Assembly: GCA_040954595.2 (NCBI GenBank) | Contig: CM082576.2 | Location: forward strand, 19,205,028-19,269,027 | Source of the DNA: Balanoglossus misakiensis | Lineage: Eukaryota > Animalia > Hemichordata | Reading direction: 5' to 3' | Length of the DNA: 64,000 nt | In this document: positions 61,153-64,000 of the stretch, in pieces | How positions within the stretch are numbered: position 1 is the stretch's first letter | How the letters are laid out: each line of letters opens with the position of its first letter | Made by a program: the position numbers and the translations under genes | Notes under the pieces: model-generated | Databases searched by the model: none | Seen by the model: only the letters and a program-made list of their open reading frames with translations | Told to the model about the DNA's origin: nothing

Positions 61153-64000
61153 AATAATAATAATTCTTTATTTCAGACTTTAAAAAAAGTCCATATACCC
61201 AAAAGAGAGAAGAAAAAAAAACAATAATAATAATCTGACACTGAGACACACACAAAAAAAACTTACATGATATACAATTGCTTTCGCCAATGTTTGAAAA
61301 ATATGCTGTCAGTCGCTCTATCTGATGAACAGATCGCATCAAGTAAAACATTAGAAGAATTTTCGAGTCTACGCTTAAGATGGGTCCCTGGGATCTTTTT
61401 GCTCGTTGCTATGGGCCTTTATAGGACATTACACCCCGATTTGGACTAAGCCGTTTTCAGAGTCTAACAAGGGGCTGGTAACTAGTTGAAAATCTGCACG
61501 ATTGTGAGCGCGCGCCCCCTGACGCCATTGATATGAAAATTAGCTAGGTCAAATTTCAAAAGCCTAAGGCTTTTTATTCCGTGACCTCAAAAACGAACTT
61601 GATACGTATTCATTAGTTGCTTGAACCAGGGAAGATCGTGACGGATTTTGTTTTCGAATATTATCGTTGTATCCTAAGATTTCAGCATACCCGTACCACA
61701 CCTGAAAAAGTCATCGATTTTGGGTGTTTTTGGACGCACTCTTCCAGCGGTATCGCTTCTTAGCACGACGAAAACCGAAAAAACGATCCGTCACACTGTG
61801 CGGAAGTGCGTTCTCAACAAGCAGGTCAAATTTGACTGGCGTACGTGGCCTATGAAAAAAGCCTTAGGGATTTTCGTGAACGGTACAAAATCTCTGTGTA
61901 CAAAACATTGGATTTTTAGCGTTCGATCCAGTTACTGTGGTTACAGGACGCGCACGCTATCGCTGACCGCTGCTTTGCCGTATTAGCGTGGCGGCCTATG
62001 GCCGGGTGGTAGCTGCCGTCAACATACTCGGACAGGGGGTGTGCACACAATCGTGCAGATTTCCAACTAGTTACCAGCCCCTTGTTAGACTCTGAAAACG
62101 GCTTAGTCCAAATCGGGGTGTAATGTCCTATAAAGGCCCATAGCAACGAGCAAAAAGATCCCAGGGACCCATCTTAAAACTGTACATATTGCGTCTAAAA
62201 ACTTCACCAAGTGACAATACATGTACATGGTTTGTAGCAAACATACCCGATGCACAGCAAAATGGCGGAAGACCGAGAAATCTTCTCCAAACATTATTGT
62301 ACATAGTTTTAAATTTTTTCATCGGTTTAACTTTAAAGGATGCCCACAAACTGCAACAGTAAATATTACTACAATATGCCAAAAATAAAACTTTCTTCAC
62401 ATCTTGACTACAATGTTGAAAATGTCTCAATAGCATGTTTGCTCTTACACAAAATGCTCTTCTCTGTCGTTCAATATCTTCATTATCACAACCATCACAA
62501 GATATAACATGGCCCAGATAGGTGTGTACAGGTACAAACTTTAAAGTGATGTCATTAAGTTTAACCGAAGGAATTCATTGAACGCTCATATTCTTCCCAT
62601 TAAAAAGCATGCACACAGTTTTACTAGAATTATAAATGATATCATAATCCTTGCCATAAATTTCACAAATTCTAAGAAGACGGCGTAGACCCTTAATACT
62701 TGGACTGAGTAGAGTCATGTCGTCAGCGTAACCTAAAGTGTTAGCGCTGACACCAGACATGGTACAGCCAACTTTGGCTTTACAGAGTGCATTGATAATA
62801 TCATCAATGTAGACATTAAAAAGATAGGGAGAGAGTACCCCCCCTTGTCTTACACCGTTAGAAACAGAAAACAACTCTGAGGGTTCATTACCCCACAACA
62901 CAGTAAACAATTGATTTCTGTACCATTAATATAAAATTCGTACAGCATACAAGGGAACATTCCTGTCGATGTGCTTGTTAATTATAACCAGTTTAAAGTG
63001 ATTAACTCTGTCAAAAGCTTTTGAAGCATCCAGAAAACAAGTAAACACTGGTCTTCCATTGCTGGTGTAGTAGCTAATGATTTCTTTAAATGCAAATAAA
63101 CACAGGTCAGTTGAATGTTCTCGCTTGAAACCAAATTGTAAATAATGAGAGGTAAGAAACTCCTCACAACGAAAAAGTAAAATATGCTCAAAAACGTTAG
63201 AGAAAACAGTTGCTAGTGCTATCGGCCGGTAGTTACTGGCATCACTACAAAGCTTAGTTTTATCCTTAATAATTGGAACTAAATTAACATTGATAGCCTC
63301 AGTTGGCAGGTAACCATGAACAATCATTGCATTAATACAACAAGTCAGAAAGGGTAAAATAGAGGAGTCTGAGAATTTGAGGTGCTCAGCTAAAATATTG
63401 TCAATGCCAGCTGTCTTACCGTCAGGTAACTTATGTATAGCAGAAATTACTTCGTCTTCAGAAACATACATATCAGAAGAAAATTTAACATACTTCATTT
63501 TCTCCTCGATGTCATTTTTACCAGTCTGAGCCTGGACAGAATTCAAAATATCACTGAAATGCTTGTGCCACATAATTGCAATTTCACTCTCACCAGTCGC
63601 TCCACCTACAGTGTCAGAAAGCGGCGTTTTTCTGCTAGTTTGCTTTCTGACTTCCTCCCAGAAGTCGTTCTGTTTGTGGCAGCGTAAATTATCAGCCATC
63701 TTGTCAGCCCTATTTTGATTCTCAATCTTTTTACAAGCACGTAAAGCATACTAAAAACGAGCTCTGGAAGATTTCATGGTTTCAAAAAGCGGGCCTTGTT
63801 TAGGTTTACCCACATTAACCCATAATAAAAACATGGAACGGGCATAGTCGTGACTTTCTTTTACAAAATCGTTCCAGCCAGGCACAACATGAACTTTCTG
63901 GTGAAACTTACGTCTAATGGTATCTTTTGCAGCACAATTCAATGCGTCCACAATACTACTATAACAAGTATCAATTGCCTGTAAATGCGAAGGGTCTGTA
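61153..64000 (-). pseudogene. RTE-X-like retrotransposon, copy 3, with 3' UTR and tail retained
   Basis: RT ORF pieces at 62926-63699, 62575-62910 and 62128-62436. 3' end GTCTGAAATAAAGAA(TTA)n on the minus strand at about 61153-61178. Stops at 63751, 62926 and 62575. Confidence 0.9.
61379..62173. mobile_element. Kolobok-type non-autonomous element (795 bp) with 128-bp TIRs
   Basis: GATGGGTCCCTGGGATCTTTTTGC... (61379-61506) versus 62046-62173, with one mismatch seen. TTAA TSD at 61375-61378 and 62174-62177. Confidence 0.92.

Larger units (their letters stand above)
60268..64000 (+). repeat. Third, more diverged copy of the HINE/RTE-X block (homologous to 23965 onward); runs off the window
   Basis: GCAGGTGTCAAAGGTATCCCCCTG matches 23965. 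Lacks the L2 and the 576-bp MITE and has many SNPs relative to copies 1 and 2. Confidence 0.95.

Overview
Repeat-dominated, AT-rich eukaryotic (animal) DNA; the repeat types suggest a marine invertebrate, but the species cannot be determined from sequence alone. I found no intact protein-coding gene, tRNA, rRNA or CRISPR array. 1-23.3 kb is a mosaic of non-autonomous DNA transposons whose termini and target-site duplications (TSDs) are directly readable: PIF/Harbinger (TAA), Kolobok (TTAA), a P/Galileo-like foldback (7-bp TSD), a 4-kb Academ-like foldback nested in an 88-bp AcademH-like MITE, and a 3.9-kb TTAA-flanked element. The same stretch holds a duplicated locus with two small minus-strand exon-like units and an intron-containing hAT (ZNF862-like) transposase pseudogene. 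23.4-33.3 kb is a Helentron/HINE-like element carrying nested L2 and RTE-X-like LINEs plus a unique block. Most of this block recurs almost identically at 35.8-44.0 kb, and an older variant of its left part starts at 60.3 kb. The copies are separated by arrays of a 78-bp A-tract satellite (33.3-35.8 kb and 44.0-60.3 kb) with layered higher-order repeats. The most notable observations are the alternating [transposon block]-[satellite] architecture, the Academ-in-Academ nesting, and a pair of exon-like units that would form a hairpin only after splicing. None of these establishes a new biological system without further data. All superfamily calls rest on terminus/TSD rules and protein motifs, not database searches.
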